DNA of 64,000 nucleotides from Clostridia bacterium (GCA_022796855.1 JAAWJM010000006.1:4781-68780), one strand, 5' to 3'. Shown: positions 21,410 to 31,890, counted from the stretch's first letter. Program-made: numbers and translations. The notes: generated from the letters alone by a model not told the origin.

Positions 21410-21634
21410 TTACTCCTCATCTTTTTTCGTCATGTTTTGCATTTCCTCTGCCTTTTGTTTTTGTTCTGGTAGTGGAATCCATGCAAAATAAGAAGACACA
21501 AATTCTCCATATTTTGTATTATCTTCCCCTACTTCTATACCAAACTCCTCTCTTGCTTTTTCTAAATTCTTTTTCTTTTTTTCTTCGCTTGTTATTTTCT
21601 TTTCTAATTTTTCATTCATAAAAACACACCTCAT
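21410..21634 (-). CDS. Hypothetical small charged protein
   Basis: 74-aa ORF, K/E rich. Confidence 0.35.
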   Translation of the reverse strand: MRCVFMNEKLEKKITSEEKKKKNLEKAREEFGIEVGEDNTKYGEFVSSYFAWIPLPEQKQKAEEMQNMTKKDEE

Positions 21635-21686
21635 AAATTTTTTTCATTTATAAGGTGCGCTATTTTTTCATTTTTATACTCTCTTT

Positions 21687-22202
21687 TTATAGATCATCAT
21701 CGTCTTGATTTTCTTCTTCTATCTCATCCGTTACTACTTCAATTTCTTCTACTTCTTCCTCATGTCCACAACCACCACAACTTCCACAATGGCCACCACA
21801 TTCTTCTTCTTGGTTCCAATCAAGTTCAATTGCATTATGACATTCTGGGCATTCTACTTCTTTTACATCACTGCCAATGTCGGATACAAATTCGTGGTTA
21901 CAATATGGGCATACAATTTCAAAATCATATTCTTCTTCATTTACAAATAATTCTTTCTCCATATTGTTTAGTGCCATTTCTAATTCTTGTTGTTTTTTCT
22001 CTAGCACTCGTTGGTTTTCTACTACTTGATTTACTCTTCTTTCACTAAGATCCATTACTTTGTTTAATTCATTAATATATAACATCGAAATATCTGCAAT
22101 TTGTTGTTTTAGAAAATTAAGTAACTCCTCATCGGTAATTCTTTCTTCTATTTTTGCAATAATTGCATTAAAATCATCTTGTAGTTTTGACATGATTTTC
22201 AA
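21687..22202 (-). CDS. Hypothetical coiled-coil/zinc-ribbon protein with an acidic tail
   Basis: Contains CPYC..CPEC and the Cys/His cluster CGGHCGSCGGCGHEEE. Confidence 0.45.
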   Translation of the reverse strand: MKIMSKLQDDFNAIIAKIEERITDEELLNFLKQQIADISMLYINELNKVMDLSERRVNQVVENQRVLEKKQQELEMALNNMEKELFVNEEEYDFEIVCPYCNHEFVSDIGSDVKEVECPECHNAIELDWNQEEECGGHCGSCGGCGHEEEVEEIEVVTDEIEEENQDDDDL

Positions 22203-22216
22203 TCTTCCTTCCTAAA

Positions 22217-22783
22217 TTAAACTCTTTCCATGTATTCACCAGTTCTGGTATCGATTTTAATAACATCACCAATATTGATGAATAATGGTACACTAATTTC
22301 ATATCCATTTTCTAAAGTTGCTGGTTTTCCAGATGTTGTTGTTGTATTGCCACTAAATCCTGGTTCTGTATAAGTTACTTCTAATTCTACAAACATTGGT
22401 GGTTCTACTGCAAATACGTTTCCTTTAAACGATAGGATTTTAACACTCATATTTTCTTTTATGAATTTTAAACTATCTCCTAGTTGTTCTTTATTTAATG
22501 GAATTTGCTCATAAGATTCGTTATCCATAAAATAATATAAGTCACCATCACTATATAAGTATTGCATTTCTCTTTTTTCAATTTCTGCTCCTGGATATTT
22601 TTCTGATGGGTTAAATGTTTTTTCTAATACTGCTCCTGAAATTACATTTTTTAATTTTGTTCTAACAAAAGCTGCTCCCTTTCCTGGTTTTACGTGTTGA
22701 AATTCAACAACCTTATATACATTTCCTTCCATTTCAAATGTAGTTCCATTTCTAAAATCTCCTGCCATATATACTTCTGCCAT
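22217..22783 (-). CDS. efp: Elongation factor P
   Basis: Contains [51 protein letters not shown] upstream. Confidence 0.95.
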   Translation of the reverse strand: MAEVYMAGDFRNGTTFEMEGNVYKVVEFQHVKPGKGAAFVRTKLKNVISGAVLEKTFNPSEKYPGAEIEKREMQYLYSDGDLYYFMDNESYEQIPLNKEQLGDSLKFIKENMSVKILSFKGNVFAVEPPMFVELEVTYTEPGFSGNTTTTSGKPATLENGYEISVPLFINIGDVIKIDTRTGEYMERV

Positions 22784-22861
22784 TTCGTTTCCTCCTTATT
22801 ATTTCATTATTGTTTCTATTTTATACCAATTTTAAGATAAAATCAATATTTTTTTAGGATT

Positions 22862-23944
22862 TTATCCTTTTTCCTCTTTAATCACAACATATCCTTTTGG
22901 CGAATTTGTTAATGCTTTTGCTCCTTTTTTGGTAATTAGTACCGTATCTTCAATTCGAACACCAAATTTACCGTGGAAGATAAATACCTGGCTCATCGGT
23001 AATGACCATATTTTCTCTTAGGATGACATCACTGGCCTTTGTACTTAGTACTGGTCCTTCGTGAATATCTAATCCTACACCATGACCTAGTGCGTGAACA
23101 AAATCAAAATGATTAAATTCAAAATCATTTGCTACCATTTTTGCTACCATTTTAACATTTGCTCCATCATATAGTTGGTTTAGGGTAAGTTCCTGATTTT
23201 TCAATACCAAATCATAAACTGGTTTGATATAGTCTTGTACAAAATCAATAAAAATGGTTCTTGTCATATCTGAACAATACCCGTTATATTTACATCCAAA
23301 ATCTATGGTAACAATATCACCAGATTCAATTTTTCGATTGGTAGGAACAGCATGTGGAATAGAAGAGTTTGGACCGTGAAGCAACAATGGTTTCAAAACT
23401 TGTCCCTTCTGCTCCATGAGATAAGAAATATCGTTCAATTTCCCACGCAATTTCTTTTTCTGTCATCCCTTTTTTGATAAAAGTTTGTAAATGGGTAAAG
23501 CAATCATCGGTTATGCTACATGCCATTTTAATATTCTCAATTTCATCATCTTCTTTTAACATTCTTTGCTTTTCAATCATGTTTTCTGTTTCTACAAAAT
23601 TGTTAATTTTGTATTTTCGCATGTATTCTTGATATTTTGCATAAGTTACATGGTTTTCTTCAAAACCAACATTTTCACAAAATAAAAAGAAATTCTCATA
23701 ATCTTCTTTTGCAATATCGGTTACATTGGTTACAATAATTTCATCATCAATGGTTAAGGTTTGATTCACTAATTCAAGATATCTTGCATCTGTAATATAG
23801 ATGGTTTCTTTTCTTGTTAATAATAATAACCCTTCTGCATTAACTCCGCATTAAATAGCGGATATTCACTGGATTTGAAACAATCATTCCATCCATATTC
23901 ATTCGGCTAATTTTATCTCGTAACCATTTAATTCGTGCATTCAT
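22862..23944 (-). CDS. pepP: Xaa-Pro aminopeptidase/dipeptidase (M24 family), three CGG +1 frame breaks
   Basis: ATG 23944 gives MNARIKWLRDKISRMNMDGMIVSNPVNIRYLM, CGG, GVNAEGLLLLTRKETIYITDARYLELVNQ..FETIVAS, CGG, GPNSSIPHAVPTNRKIESGDIVTIDFG..EPGIYLP, CGG, GKFGVRIEDTVLITKKGAKALTNSPKGYVVIKEEKG, stop at 22862..22864. The span is 1083 nt, which is 1080 coding plus 3 extra C. Confidence 0.85.
22971..22973 (-). other. In-frame CGG followed by a +1 frame change (pepP, C-terminal)
   Basis: The sense strand reads CCA CGG UAA, so a frame-0 stop follows directly. The +1 reading is GGU AAA UUU GGU = GKFG. Confidence 0.9.
23374..23376 (-). other. In-frame CGG followed by a +1 frame change (pepP, middle)
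   Basis: The sense strand reads UCA CGG UCC AAA. The +1 reading is GGU CCA AAC UCU = GPNS. Confidence 0.9.
23846..23848 (-). other. In-frame CGG followed by a +1 frame change (pepP, N-terminal)
   Basis: The sense strand reads AUG CGG AGU UAA. The +1 reading is GGA GUU AAU GCA = GVNA. Confidence 0.85.
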
Positions 23945-23993
23945 AGGATACCTCCTTATTCTTTGTTTTGATTTAAGCCAAGAGAGTCTTACT

Positions 23994-24767
23994 CTACACT
24001 CTTCCATACATTCCTAACGTGAATATTTGCATTAATATTTCTACTAATACACCAAATGGAACAAAAGTTGTAATCATAGCGGCTAATACAATAAATGGTC
24101 CAAATGGAATATACTCATCTGTTTTTTTCTTTTTACTTACGATTAAACCTATACTGATAATTGCTCCTAGTAAAAACGCAATTAACGAAATGACAATAAT
24201 TCCTCCAAAGCCAAAATATAGCCCTAATGCTCCCATTAGCTTTACATCTCCAAAACCCATGGCTTCTTTTCCTGCAATTAATCCACCAACAAATGTAATG
24301 AATAGAAAAATTCCCGCTCCTGTTACCATTCCAAGTAACATATCGGTTGCAATATTAATATTACTAATTCCATAAATAAAGGTAATCAATAGTCCAATTT
24401 CAAACATGGTTAAATTCAATCGGTTTGGTATAATTTGAAGTCGATAATCAATTACAAAAGCGGAAAGTAACATAGGAACTAACAATCCAAATTTAATAAG
24501 TGGTAAATTGGCATAAAAACTTTTGTGAACTCCATAAAAATATACCAACATAACATAGGATAAAATCATCGCTAAAATGACCCATCCATTTTGTTTTCCT
24601 CTATTTTTCTTTTTTAGTATTTCTCTTGAAAATACCGTTTTTTCTTCTGGTAAGCGGTCATTGGCTACATTTACTAGCCACCCCATGATACTTGCCAAAA
24701 TCGCGGCTCCTACATAGTATAAAATATGTACATCTTTTATATACATCTTTTGTTCTTCCCCTTTCAC
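23994..24767 (-). CDS. Prepilin peptidase (A24 family)
   Basis: Polytopic membrane protein containing GFGDVKLMGALGLYFG. Confidence 0.8.
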   Translation of the reverse strand: MKGEEQKMYIKDVHILYYVGAAILASIMGWLVNVANDRLPEEKTVFSREILKKKNRGKQNGWVILAMILSYVMLVYFYGVHKSFYANLPLIKFGLLVPMLLSAFVIDYRLQIIPNRLNLTMFEIGLLITFIYGISNINIATDMLLGMVTGAGIFLFITFVGGLIAGKEAMGFGDVKLMGALGLYFGFGGIIVISLIAFLLGAIISIGLIVSKKKKTDEYIPFGPFIVLAAMITTFVPFGVLVEILMQIFTLGMYGRV

Positions 24768-25258
24768 ATGTTTCTTTTTTGATATTTCTTTTTTAGATAT
24801 TCTTCAATTGGTCTTTTTACTCTTGTCATCCAAATATCCTTTTCTTCGATTGGGTCTACTAAAATGGAAAACATCCCCATTCGGTTTGCTCCTAATACAT
24901 CGGTAAAAATTTGGTCACCCACTAGGGCTATCTGCGTTGGTTTTAATTCCATTACTTTTGCTGCCCTTTTTAAACCTGATTTTAATGGTTTTTTTGCAAA
25001 ATAGATATATGGAATTTCCAAACGTTTTGCCACCATTTCTACCTTTTGTTTTTGATTACTATTAGAAGCAATGCAAAACTGAATTCCCTTTTGCTTTAGA
25101 CTTTTACACCAGTTGTCTACACCTTCTGGCATATTTCGATCATAATCAATTAACGTATTATCTACATCTAAAATCATTCCAGAAATATTATTTTCTTGTA
25201 ACATTTCATAGGTAATCTCTTGTACTTTTTTTAAATACATTTTGGGATACACTCTCAT
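24764..25258 (-). CDS. yqeG: YqeG-family HAD phosphatase
   Basis: Contains the HAD motifs DVDNTL and GDQIFTDVLGANRMG. Confidence 0.8.
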   Translation of the reverse strand: MRVYPKMYLKKVQEITYEMLQENNISGMILDVDNTLIDYDRNMPEGVDNWCKSLKQKGIQFCIASNSNQKQKVEMVAKRLEIPYIYFAKKPLKSGLKRAAKVMELKPTQIALVGDQIFTDVLGANRMGMFSILVDPIEEKDIWMTRVKRPIEEYLKKKYQKRNM

Positions 25259-25393
25259 ACAATATCTCCTAGCAATTATTTCATTATTATCTTATCAATA
25301 TCTATGATTTTTGTCAATTTATATTCCAAACTTATTTACAAAGATTTTGGCTTATTATATAATGAGTAAAAATGAAAATAATGGAGAAAAAAG

Positions 25394-26686
25394 ATGCAAA
25401 CTAGTAAAAATACAATGAATATGTTAGATAATATGAAAATATTCCCTTTATACAAAGCACTTGCTTGGGATACTTTATTTTACTATGCCATTGAATTTTT
25501 ATTTTTAACTGGTGTAAAAGGATTAACCGCAGCACAAGTGTTATTTGTTGATGCTTTTTACCCTCTTTTTAAATTTATCCTTGAAATTCCAAGTAACATT
25601 ATTGTTCAAAAATTAGGAAAACGAAGAAGTCTTATCTTAGGTAATTTATTTATTGTAGCTGATTTACTTCTTCTCATTCTTGCCACCAATATCTCTATGA
25701 TTATTCTTGCATGGTTTTTTTCTGGGTTTGGATATGCCCTAAAAGGATTAACCGAATCTAACTTACTTTACGATTCCATTCCAAAAACAGAAAAACGAGG
25801 AGAAACATTTGCTAAAATAGATGGTAGAGCCAATTCTATCTATTATTATTTTGATGCCATTTCCGCTATTTCAACTGGATTTCTATTTGTTGTAAATGGC
25901 TATTTACCAATGCTCTTATCTCTTGGCATTTGTATCATTTCGCTACTATTATCGCTTCGTTTTAAAGATGTCGACACTAGTTTATCCCCTGATATACCAA
26001 CACATGCCACCTCTACAAAACAAATCTTATTAGACCTAAAACAAACTACTAAATTCATTATACAATCCAAACGCCTTAGAAGTCTTGTTATTTTTAACGG
26101 GTTTTTCTGTGCCTTTTTAGCCATGTACTCCACTTTAAGAAGTAGCATTTTAACCGATATTAGCTTACCAGAACAATACTTTGGATTAGTATATGCTGGG
26201 CTTCAACTAATTTCTGGAATTGCCTCTTCTCATCAAGATAAATTCCATAAACACTATGGCAATCGAACTTTAAGTATATTTGCCACACGCACTACTATCT
26301 CATTTATTATCTTAGGTCTTTCCACCATGATTGGTCTTAATTTCATTTTGACCCTAGAAATCATCCTAGCAATGATGGCAATTCAATATGCAATAAAAGG
26401 ACCATATTACACACTAATCAAACGTTACTTAAATAACTTCACCACTTCCGCCATGAGAACCAAAATATCACTTGTAACCGAACTATTATACAGTATTCTT
26501 AGTGCACTTCTTCGCTTCTTTTGTTCCTTCCTACTAGGAATTACCACAACCGCATATGTTTATGTCATCATCGGCTGTATCTTCACAGTATTCTTTATCT
26601 TCTTACTAGACTATATGAAAAACACTGTCGGTCTAAAACCCGAACAATACCCAGAAAAAGAAATTAAATTCACAGCCCTACGATAA
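25394..26686 (+). CDS. MFS-type transporter
   Basis: 430 aa with about 12 hydrophobic segments. Confidence 0.6.
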   Translation: MQTSKNTMNMLDNMKIFPLYKALAWDTLFYYAIEFLFLTGVKGLTAAQVLFVDAFYPLFKFILEIPSNIIVQKLGKRRSLILGNLFIVADLLLLILATNISMIILAWFFSGFGYALKGLTESNLLYDSIPKTEKRGETFAKIDGRANSIYYYFDAISAISTGFLFVVNGYLPMLLSLGICIISLLLSLRFKDVDTSLSPDIPTHATSTKQILLDLKQTTKFIIQSKRLRSLVIFNGFFCAFLAMYSTLRSSILTDISLPEQYFGLVYAGLQLISGIASSHQDKFHKHYGNRTLSIFATRTTISFIILGLSTMIGLNFILTLEIILAMMAIQYAIKGPYYTLIKRYLNNFTTSAMRTKISLVTELLYSILSALLRFFCSFLLGITTTAYVYVIIGCIFTVFFIFLLDYMKNTVGLKPEQYPEKEIKFTALR

Positions 26687-26694
26687 AGACACTT

Positions 26695-27441
26695 CTATTT
26701 GCAAAAGCGATGTTTTCCAATCGTAACCACATGAGGTCTTGACCAAATCCACTTATTCGTAGCGGTAGCTGGATTAAAATAATAGATTGACCCATACGAT
26801 GGGTCCCACCCATTTAATGCATCTTGTGCCGCTTTTTTTGCCGTACTATTGGGCGATAAATTAATCTGCCCATCATCTACAACATTAAATGCACCCTTTT
26901 GGTAAATTACCCCAGCAATGGAATTTGGAAAATTTGAATTACGAACACGGTTTAAGACAACAGATGCCACTGCCACTTGCCCTGTATATGGTTCTCCTCT
27001 TGCCTCTCCATAAACAAGTCTTGCTAATAAATTCAAATCATTTGAACTAGAAGAGGAACTACTACTACCACTAGAAGACGAAAAAATCCCCATTGCCTCT
27101 AACGTATTTTTACCCGCAATGCCATCCACAGCAAGTCCATTTTTCCTCTGAAAATATTTAACTGCCTCTAACGTCTGGCTTCCATAAATACCATCAATGT
27201 TTCCTTTATAATACCCCCAACGTTTTAGTTTCGTTTGAATTTGAGTAACTTCACTTCCCCTAGAACCATACTTCGATAAAGCAAATACCAAATGATTACT
27301 AAACATGTGATATAACACTAATATAAGAAAAGCCAAACTAATACAAACAATCGCTTTTTTATGATTATCTACCATCTTTATCATTTTCTTCAAAAAAATC
27401 ACCCAACCTTGAAATTCATACTTTTCTAGTATGTTTTCCAA
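26695..27441 (-). CDS. SleB/CwlJ-type cell-wall hydrolase with a peptidoglycan-binding domain
   Basis: The PG_binding_1-like part is GSRGSEVTQIQTKLKRWGYYKGNIDGIYGSQTLEAVKYFQ. A poly-Ser linker follows, then the Hydrolase_2-like part LARLVYGEARGEPYTGQVAVASVVLNRV. Confidence 0.8.
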   Translation of the reverse strand: MENILEKYEFQGWVIFLKKMIKMVDNHKKAIVCISLAFLILVLYHMFSNHLVFALSKYGSRGSEVTQIQTKLKRWGYYKGNIDGIYGSQTLEAVKYFQRKNGLAVDGIAGKNTLEAMGIFSSSSGSSSSSSSSNDLNLLARLVYGEARGEPYTGQVAVASVVLNRVRNSNFPNSIAGVIYQKGAFNVVDDGQINLSPNSTAKKAAQDALNGWDPSYGSIYYFNPATATNKWIWSRPHVVTIGKHRFCK

Positions 27442-27467
27442 AATTGGATGAATTTATACGAAAATCC

Positions 27468-27935
27468 CTATTTTTTAAATTGTTTGCATCTATTCTCTAA
27501 TACTTCAAAATTACAACTAATGCTTTCCAAAAATGGATTTGTATGTCCTATAACACTTCTATACAAACTATTTGCTTTTTTCAATATTTTTTTCTCATTT
27601 TGATTTATGTATATAATCTGTTGTTTTAATAAAATTTTATATTTTTCTTCTTGTCTATCTAATTCTAATAGTTCTACACATTCACTTGGAACTGGAATCA
27701 TTGTACTAAAACGAATTATTCCCAATTCCCCTTCTTTAATTCTTATAAACGAAGGATTTTCTTTATATTTACTATGTTGTAGCTTTGGAGAATATAAGGG
27801 TGCAAAATATTGCATCTCATTAATCTTAAATACAATTCCAACATATGGTCTTGTCTTTCCTTTATTAAATGCAACTAACTTATCATACTGCGACAAGTAT
27901 TGCACATAGTCATCTTCGATTACATATAACTTCAT
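27468..27935 (-). CDS. toxN: Type III toxin-antitoxin toxin, ToxN/AbiQ family endoribonuclease
   Basis: MKLYVIEDDYVQYLSQYD..RPYVGIVFKINEMQYFAPLYSPK..CNFEVLENRCKQF parallels Pectobacterium ToxN, recalled from memory as MKFYTISSKYIEYLKEFD..IGIVLEIQGHKYLAPLTSPK..CNFSLLEEKYRDF. Confidence 0.85.
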   Translation of the reverse strand: MKLYVIEDDYVQYLSQYDKLVAFNKGKTRPYVGIVFKINEMQYFAPLYSPKLQHSKYKENPSFIRIKEGELGIIRFSTMIPVPSECVELLELDRQEEKYKILLKQQIIYINQNEKKILKKANSLYRSVIGHTNPFLESISCNFEVLENRCKQFKK

Positions 27936-28015
27936 CTAGGCCTCCTTTCTTTGCTATTTAAATTAAAACTTTACGGAAATTTAAAAGACTTTAAATTTTA
28001 TGATAAAACTTGATA

Positions 28016-28047
28016 GGCAAAATACATATTAAAATATGTATTTTGCC
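28016..28047 (-). terminator. Hairpin between the antitoxin repeats and toxN (attenuating terminator typical of type III TA)
   Basis: Perfect 15-bp inverted repeat GGCAAAATACATATT/AATATGTATTTTGCC. Confidence 0.6.
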
Positions 28048-28054
28048 CAATTTT

Positions 28055-28133
28055 TTGATTCCAACTTATATGGCTTGGAGTTTCCAAAGATTTAATTCCA
28101 ACTTATATGGCTTGGAGTTTCCAAAGATTTTTC
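28055..28133 (-). ncRNA. toxI: ToxI-like antitoxin RNA: about 2.3 tandem 37-nt repeats
   Basis: The plus-strand unit ATTCCAACTTATATGGCTTGGAGTTTCCAAAGATTT(A) starts at 28058 and 28095 (period 37), with a partial copy before it. The sense unit is AAATCTTTGGAAACTCCAAGCCATATAAGTTGGAATT. It begins with AAAU, the ToxN-type cleavage context. Confidence 0.75.
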
Positions 28134-28195
28134 TATTTTTAGGGTATAGAAAACCCAATAAAGCAATTCCTTTAAGTTGTCTTTCTATTATATTC

Positions 28196-28224
28196 ATTAT
28201 AATGAAATATATTCATATTGTCAA
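28196..28224 (-). promoter_or_regulatory. Consensus sigma-A promoter driving toxI-toxN
   Basis: Minus strand reads TTGACA (28224..28219), a 17-nt spacer, then TATAAT (28201..28196). Confidence 0.7.
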
Positions 28225-28232
28225 GATTTTAC

Positions 28233-29894
28233 TTAAAAAATCCCAACAATATTTCCTTTCTCATCAATATCAATACTCTCTGCTGCTGGTACTTTTGGTA
28301 GCCCTGGCATCGTGAAAATTTTTCCAGTTAGTACCACAATAAATTCTGCGCCAGTTTTTAGACGAATTTCTTCTACATGGATGGTAAATGGCTTATCACA
28401 AATTAAATTTTTAGGGTCATCGGAAAAAGAATATTGTGTTTTTGCCATACACACTGGAAAATGACTATATCCTAGCTTTTCAATTTTAGCAATTTCTTCT
28501 TCTGCTTCTTTTGAATATTCAACTCCCTTTGCACCATAAATGTTCTTTGCAATTTTTTCGATTTTGGTTTTAATGCTATCTTCTAACTCATAAGCATACT
28601 GTAGTGTTGTTTGTTTGCTTGTTAATTCTACTACTTTTGTTGCTAAATCCTCGGCACCTTTACCTCCATACTCCCATGCTTCTACTAAACTTAATTCAAT
28701 TCCTTTTTCCTCTAATTTTTGTTGTAATAAGGTGATTTCTTCTTTACTATCATCTACATATTTATTAATGGCTACAATCACATTTAAACCAAAACCATTC
28801 TTAAGGTTATCCACATGTTTTAACAAATTGTGAATTCCTAAATTTAGTGCCTCTAAATTTTCTTTCTTAATCTCTTCTTTTTCTACTCCACCATGATATT
28901 TTAATGCTTTTAGGGTTGCAACAATAACAACTGCATCTGGCTTAATGCCTGCCTTACGACATTTAATATCTACAAATTTTTCTGCACCTAAATCCGCACC
29001 AAACCCTGCTTCAGTTACCACATAATCTGAAAGTTTTAATGCCATTTTTGTTGCCATTACACTATTGCATCCATGTGCAATATTCGCAAATGGTCCTCCG
29101 TGAATTAGTGCTGGTGTATGTTCTAACGTTTGCACCATATTTGGTTTCATCGCATCTTTTAATAGAACTGCTAAACTACCTTCTGCTTTTAAGCTTCTTA
29201 CATAAATTGGCTTGTTTTCTTTATTATATCCGATGACAATATTTCCAATTCTTTTTTTCAAATCTTCTAAATCAGAACTTAAACATAAAATTGCCATTAT
29301 TTCAGAGGCAACTGTAATATCAAATCCATCTCTTCTTGGAACCACTGCTTTTTCTCCTGAAAGACCACATTCAATCTCACGAAGTTGTCTATCATTTAAA
29401 TCTACACAACGTCTCCATACAATTCTATCAAATCCTAATTCGTTTCCAAAATAAATATGGTTATCAATTAATGCTGATAATAAATTATTCGCAGAAGTAA
29501 TGGCATGAATGTCTCCTGTAAAGTGCAAATTAATATCTTCCATTGGAGCTACTTGTGCATGTCCACCACCAGTTGCTCCACCTTTTACACCAAATACGGG
29601 GCCAAGTGATGGCTCTCTTAAAGCAAGCATTGCTTTTTTTCCTATATAAGATAAACCATCGGCAAGTCCAATCGAAATAGTGGTTTTTCCTTCTCCTAAT
29701 GGAGTTGGATTAATTGCTGTTACTAAAATTAATTTTCCATTTTCTTTATTTTTTACTTTATTTTGTAACTCTTCTGATAATTTTGCTTTGTATTTGCCAT
29801 AACACTCTAAATCTTCTTTTTCAATTCCTACTTTTTTTGCTACTTCCTCAATTGGTTTTAAGGTAACACTTCTTGCTATTTCAATATCTCCCAT
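28233..29894 (-). CDS. fhs: Formate-tetrahydrofolate ligase
   Basis: Contains [45 protein letters not shown]. The start is uncertain: the track gives 29945, and I prefer the internal ATG at 29894. Confidence 0.9.
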   Translation of the reverse strand: MGDIEIARSVTLKPIEEVAKKVGIEKEDLECYGKYKAKLSEELQNKVKNKENGKLILVTAINPTPLGEGKTTISIGLADGLSYIGKKAMLALREPSLGPVFGVKGGATGGGHAQVAPMEDINLHFTGDIHAITSANNLLSALIDNHIYFGNELGFDRIVWRRCVDLNDRQLREIECGLSGEKAVVPRRDGFDITVASEIMAILCLSSDLEDLKKRIGNIVIGYNKENKPIYVRSLKAEGSLAVLLKDAMKPNMVQTLEHTPALIHGGPFANIAHGCNSVMATKMALKLSDYVVTEAGFGADLGAEKFVDIKCRKAGIKPDAVVIVATLKALKYHGGVEKEEIKKENLEALNLGIHNLLKHVDNLKNGFGLNVIVAINKYVDDSKEEITLLQQKLEEKGIELSLVEAWEYGGKGAEDLATKVVELTSKQTTLQYAYELEDSIKTKIEKIAKNIYGAKGVEYSKEAEEEIAKIEKLGYSHFPVCMAKTQYSFSDDPKNLICDKPFTIHVEEIRLKTGAEFIVVLTGKIFTMPGLPKVPAAESIDIDEKGNIVGIF

Positions 29895-29916
29895 TTCTAC
29901 TACCATTCCTTTCTTT

Positions 29917-30345
29917 TTATAGTACCACTCCTGCGATAATTCCAATTAATGCTCCTACAAATACTTGTATTGGTGTATGTCCTAATACTTCAATTAATTT
30001 TTCTCCTACTTGTACACCACTTAAACCTGGTGTTTGTACTAACTTATTTAATAATTTTGCTTGCTTTCCAGCAGCACGCCTTATTCCACAAGCATCATAC
30101 ATAACAATAAAGGCAAAAATAACTGCTAATGCAAAAATTGGTGTTGTTACTCCTTCATACTTACCAATTAAAGTGGCAAGTGAGGTAACAACAGCTGAAT
30201 GAGAACTTGGCATACCACCTGCTCCCATAATTCGTTTGAAATTAAATTTTTTTGTCGTTACTAAATCGTAAATTACTTTAAATGTCTGAATTCCAAACCA
30301 CATTAAAAATGGAACATATAAGTATTTAAAATCCGCTATGTTCAT
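29917..30345 (-). CDS. Divergent PAP2-family membrane protein
   Basis: Contains [11 protein letters not shown] and four hydrophobic segments. Confidence 0.7.
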   Translation of the reverse strand: MNIADFKYLYVPFLMWFGIQTFKVIYDLVTTKKFNFKRIMGAGGMPSSHSAVVTSLATLIGKYEGVTTPIFALAVIFAFIVMYDACGIRRAAGKQAKLLNKLVQTPGLSGVQVGEKLIEVLGHTPIQVFVGALIGIIAGVVL

Positions 30346-30387
30346 TATTCCAAATCCTTCCCTTCTTTTCTTCTTTTCTATTGTTCT

Positions 30388-30621
30388 TTAGCTTTCTACT
30401 TTAAATTCCTCTTCTGAAACTTCTTCTCCATTTTTTATTAAAATGGAAATTCTCTTTTCAGCATCTTCTAAAATATCACTACAGGTTTTGGATAATCTCA
30501 TTCCTTCTTCAAATTTTGCAACTGATGCATCTAAATTTAAATCTCCTTTTTCTAATTCCCCTGCAATTTTCTCTAATCCTTTCATTGCCTCTTCAAAGTT
30601 CATTGTATTCTTTTCTTCCAA
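30388..30621 (-). CDS. xseB: Exodeoxyribonuclease VII small subunit
   Basis: 77 aa with FEEAMKGLEKIAGELEKGDLNLDASVAKFEEGMRL. It lies downstream of xseA. Confidence 0.85.
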   Translation of the reverse strand: MEEKNTMNFEEAMKGLEKIAGELEKGDLNLDASVAKFEEGMRLSKTCSDILEDAEKRISILIKNGEEVSEEEFKVES

Positions 30622-30633
30622 AATAATTCCCTC

Positions 30634-31821
30634 CTATAATACTTTTGCTTTTTTCTCCCCATCCATAAATCGGAATGCAATTTCATCATCTTTTTGTACT
30701 TCTTTTACAGATTTGATTACTTTTCCATTTTTTTGAGCAATCACATAACCTCTTGTTAATGTTTTTAGTGGGCTTAAGGTATCTAATTTCGCTATTCTTT
30801 TTACCATTTCATTTTTCTTATCTTTATATTGATTTATCATATCATGTTGTATATTTTTTACTATCATGTCTAAACGAATGCGTTTTTCATTGATGTCTTG
30901 CAGTGGCTCTTTGAATACCCTTCTTGCCATACATTTTTCATATTGTAAACGCATCAGTTCCACTTTTTTCTTTAATGCCAATTTATACCTTGTTTTATAA
31001 GCTTCTAGTTTTATTTTTAAGTCCCCTGTATCGGCTACCGCAAGTTCTGCAGCTGCTGATGGTGTTGGTGCTCTTAGATCTGCTACAAAATCGGAAATTG
31101 AAAAATCGGTTTCATGTCCTACGGCTGAAATAATCGGAATATTGGACTGAAAAATAGCTCGTGCTACTACTTCTTCATTAAATGGCCATAAGTCTTCTAA
31201 AGAACCTCCTCCTCTTGCTAAAATTAATACATCGGCTAAGTTATTCTCATTCATAAATTGAATGGCATTTGCAATTTTTTCTCCTGCTCCCTCTCCTTGT
31301 ACAGGAACAGGAAATAGCCTAATATATACATTTGGGTTTCTTCTAGTGCTTACATTAATAATATCTCGAATAACTGACCCTGTTTGTGAAGTAAGTACAC
31401 CAACTACTTTTGGCATAAACGGAATTTTCTTTTTGTATTGGTCTGAAAATAGCCCTTCTTTTTCTAACTTTGCTTTTAATTCTTCATAAGCTTTATATAG
31501 GCTTCCCATCCCTTCTTCTTGCATAGCTTTACAATAAATTTGGTACACTCCATCTCGTTCAAATACACTAACTGTTCCAAAAACCATCACTTTCATACCA
31601 TCTTTTGGAACAAACTTCAAATTCTGTGTAAATGATTTAAACATAATGCATTTAATTAAGGAATTATCATCCTTTAGAGTAAAATACAAATGTCCTGTGT
31701 AATGATGTTTAAAATTGGAAATTTCGCCTTTTACTAAGACATTATTCAAATATTCATCTCCTGCTACCTTATTCTTAATATATTGATTCAAATCCGTAAC
31801 AGAAATTGGCTCAATGTTCAT
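30634..31821 (-). CDS. xseA: Exodeoxyribonuclease VII large subunit
   Basis: Contains an OB-fold N-terminus, MNIEPISVTDLNQYIKNKV..GEISNFK..GHLYFTLKD, and later ARGGGSLEDLWPFNEE. The start is taken at ATG 31821 (AAAGGGGAAAAT ATG). Confidence 0.9.
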   Translation of the reverse strand: MNIEPISVTDLNQYIKNKVAGDEYLNNVLVKGEISNFKHHYTGHLYFTLKDDNSLIKCIMFKSFTQNLKFVPKDGMKVMVFGTVSVFERDGVYQIYCKAMQEEGMGSLYKAYEELKAKLEKEGLFSDQYKKKIPFMPKVVGVLTSQTGSVIRDIINVSTRRNPNVYIRLFPVPVQGEGAGEKIANAIQFMNENNLADVLILARGGGSLEDLWPFNEEVVARAIFQSNIPIISAVGHETDFSISDFVADLRAPTPSAAAELAVADTGDLKIKLEAYKTRYKLALKKKVELMRLQYEKCMARRVFKEPLQDINEKRIRLDMIVKNIQHDMINQYKDKKNEMVKRIAKLDTLSPLKTLTRGYVIAQKNGKVIKSVKEVQKDDEIAFRFMDGEKKAKVL

Positions 31822-31890
31822 ATTTTCCCCTTTCCATTGTAGTAAAACTTTAAAAAGCAAATGATTATATCAGTTGCCACAGGCACAAAC

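Noticed and set aside
28055-28133. Possible CRISPR array (also considered for 49615..49730).
   Set aside because: There are only about 2 directly abutting repeat units with no spacers, and no cas genes. The context (promoter, repeats, hairpin, ToxN) fits type III antitoxin RNA.
28010-28315. 101-aa plus-strand ORF.
   Set aside because: It overlaps the toxI-like tandem repeats, the hairpin and the fhs 3' end. Its repeated peptide segments simply mirror the 37-nt DNA repeats.
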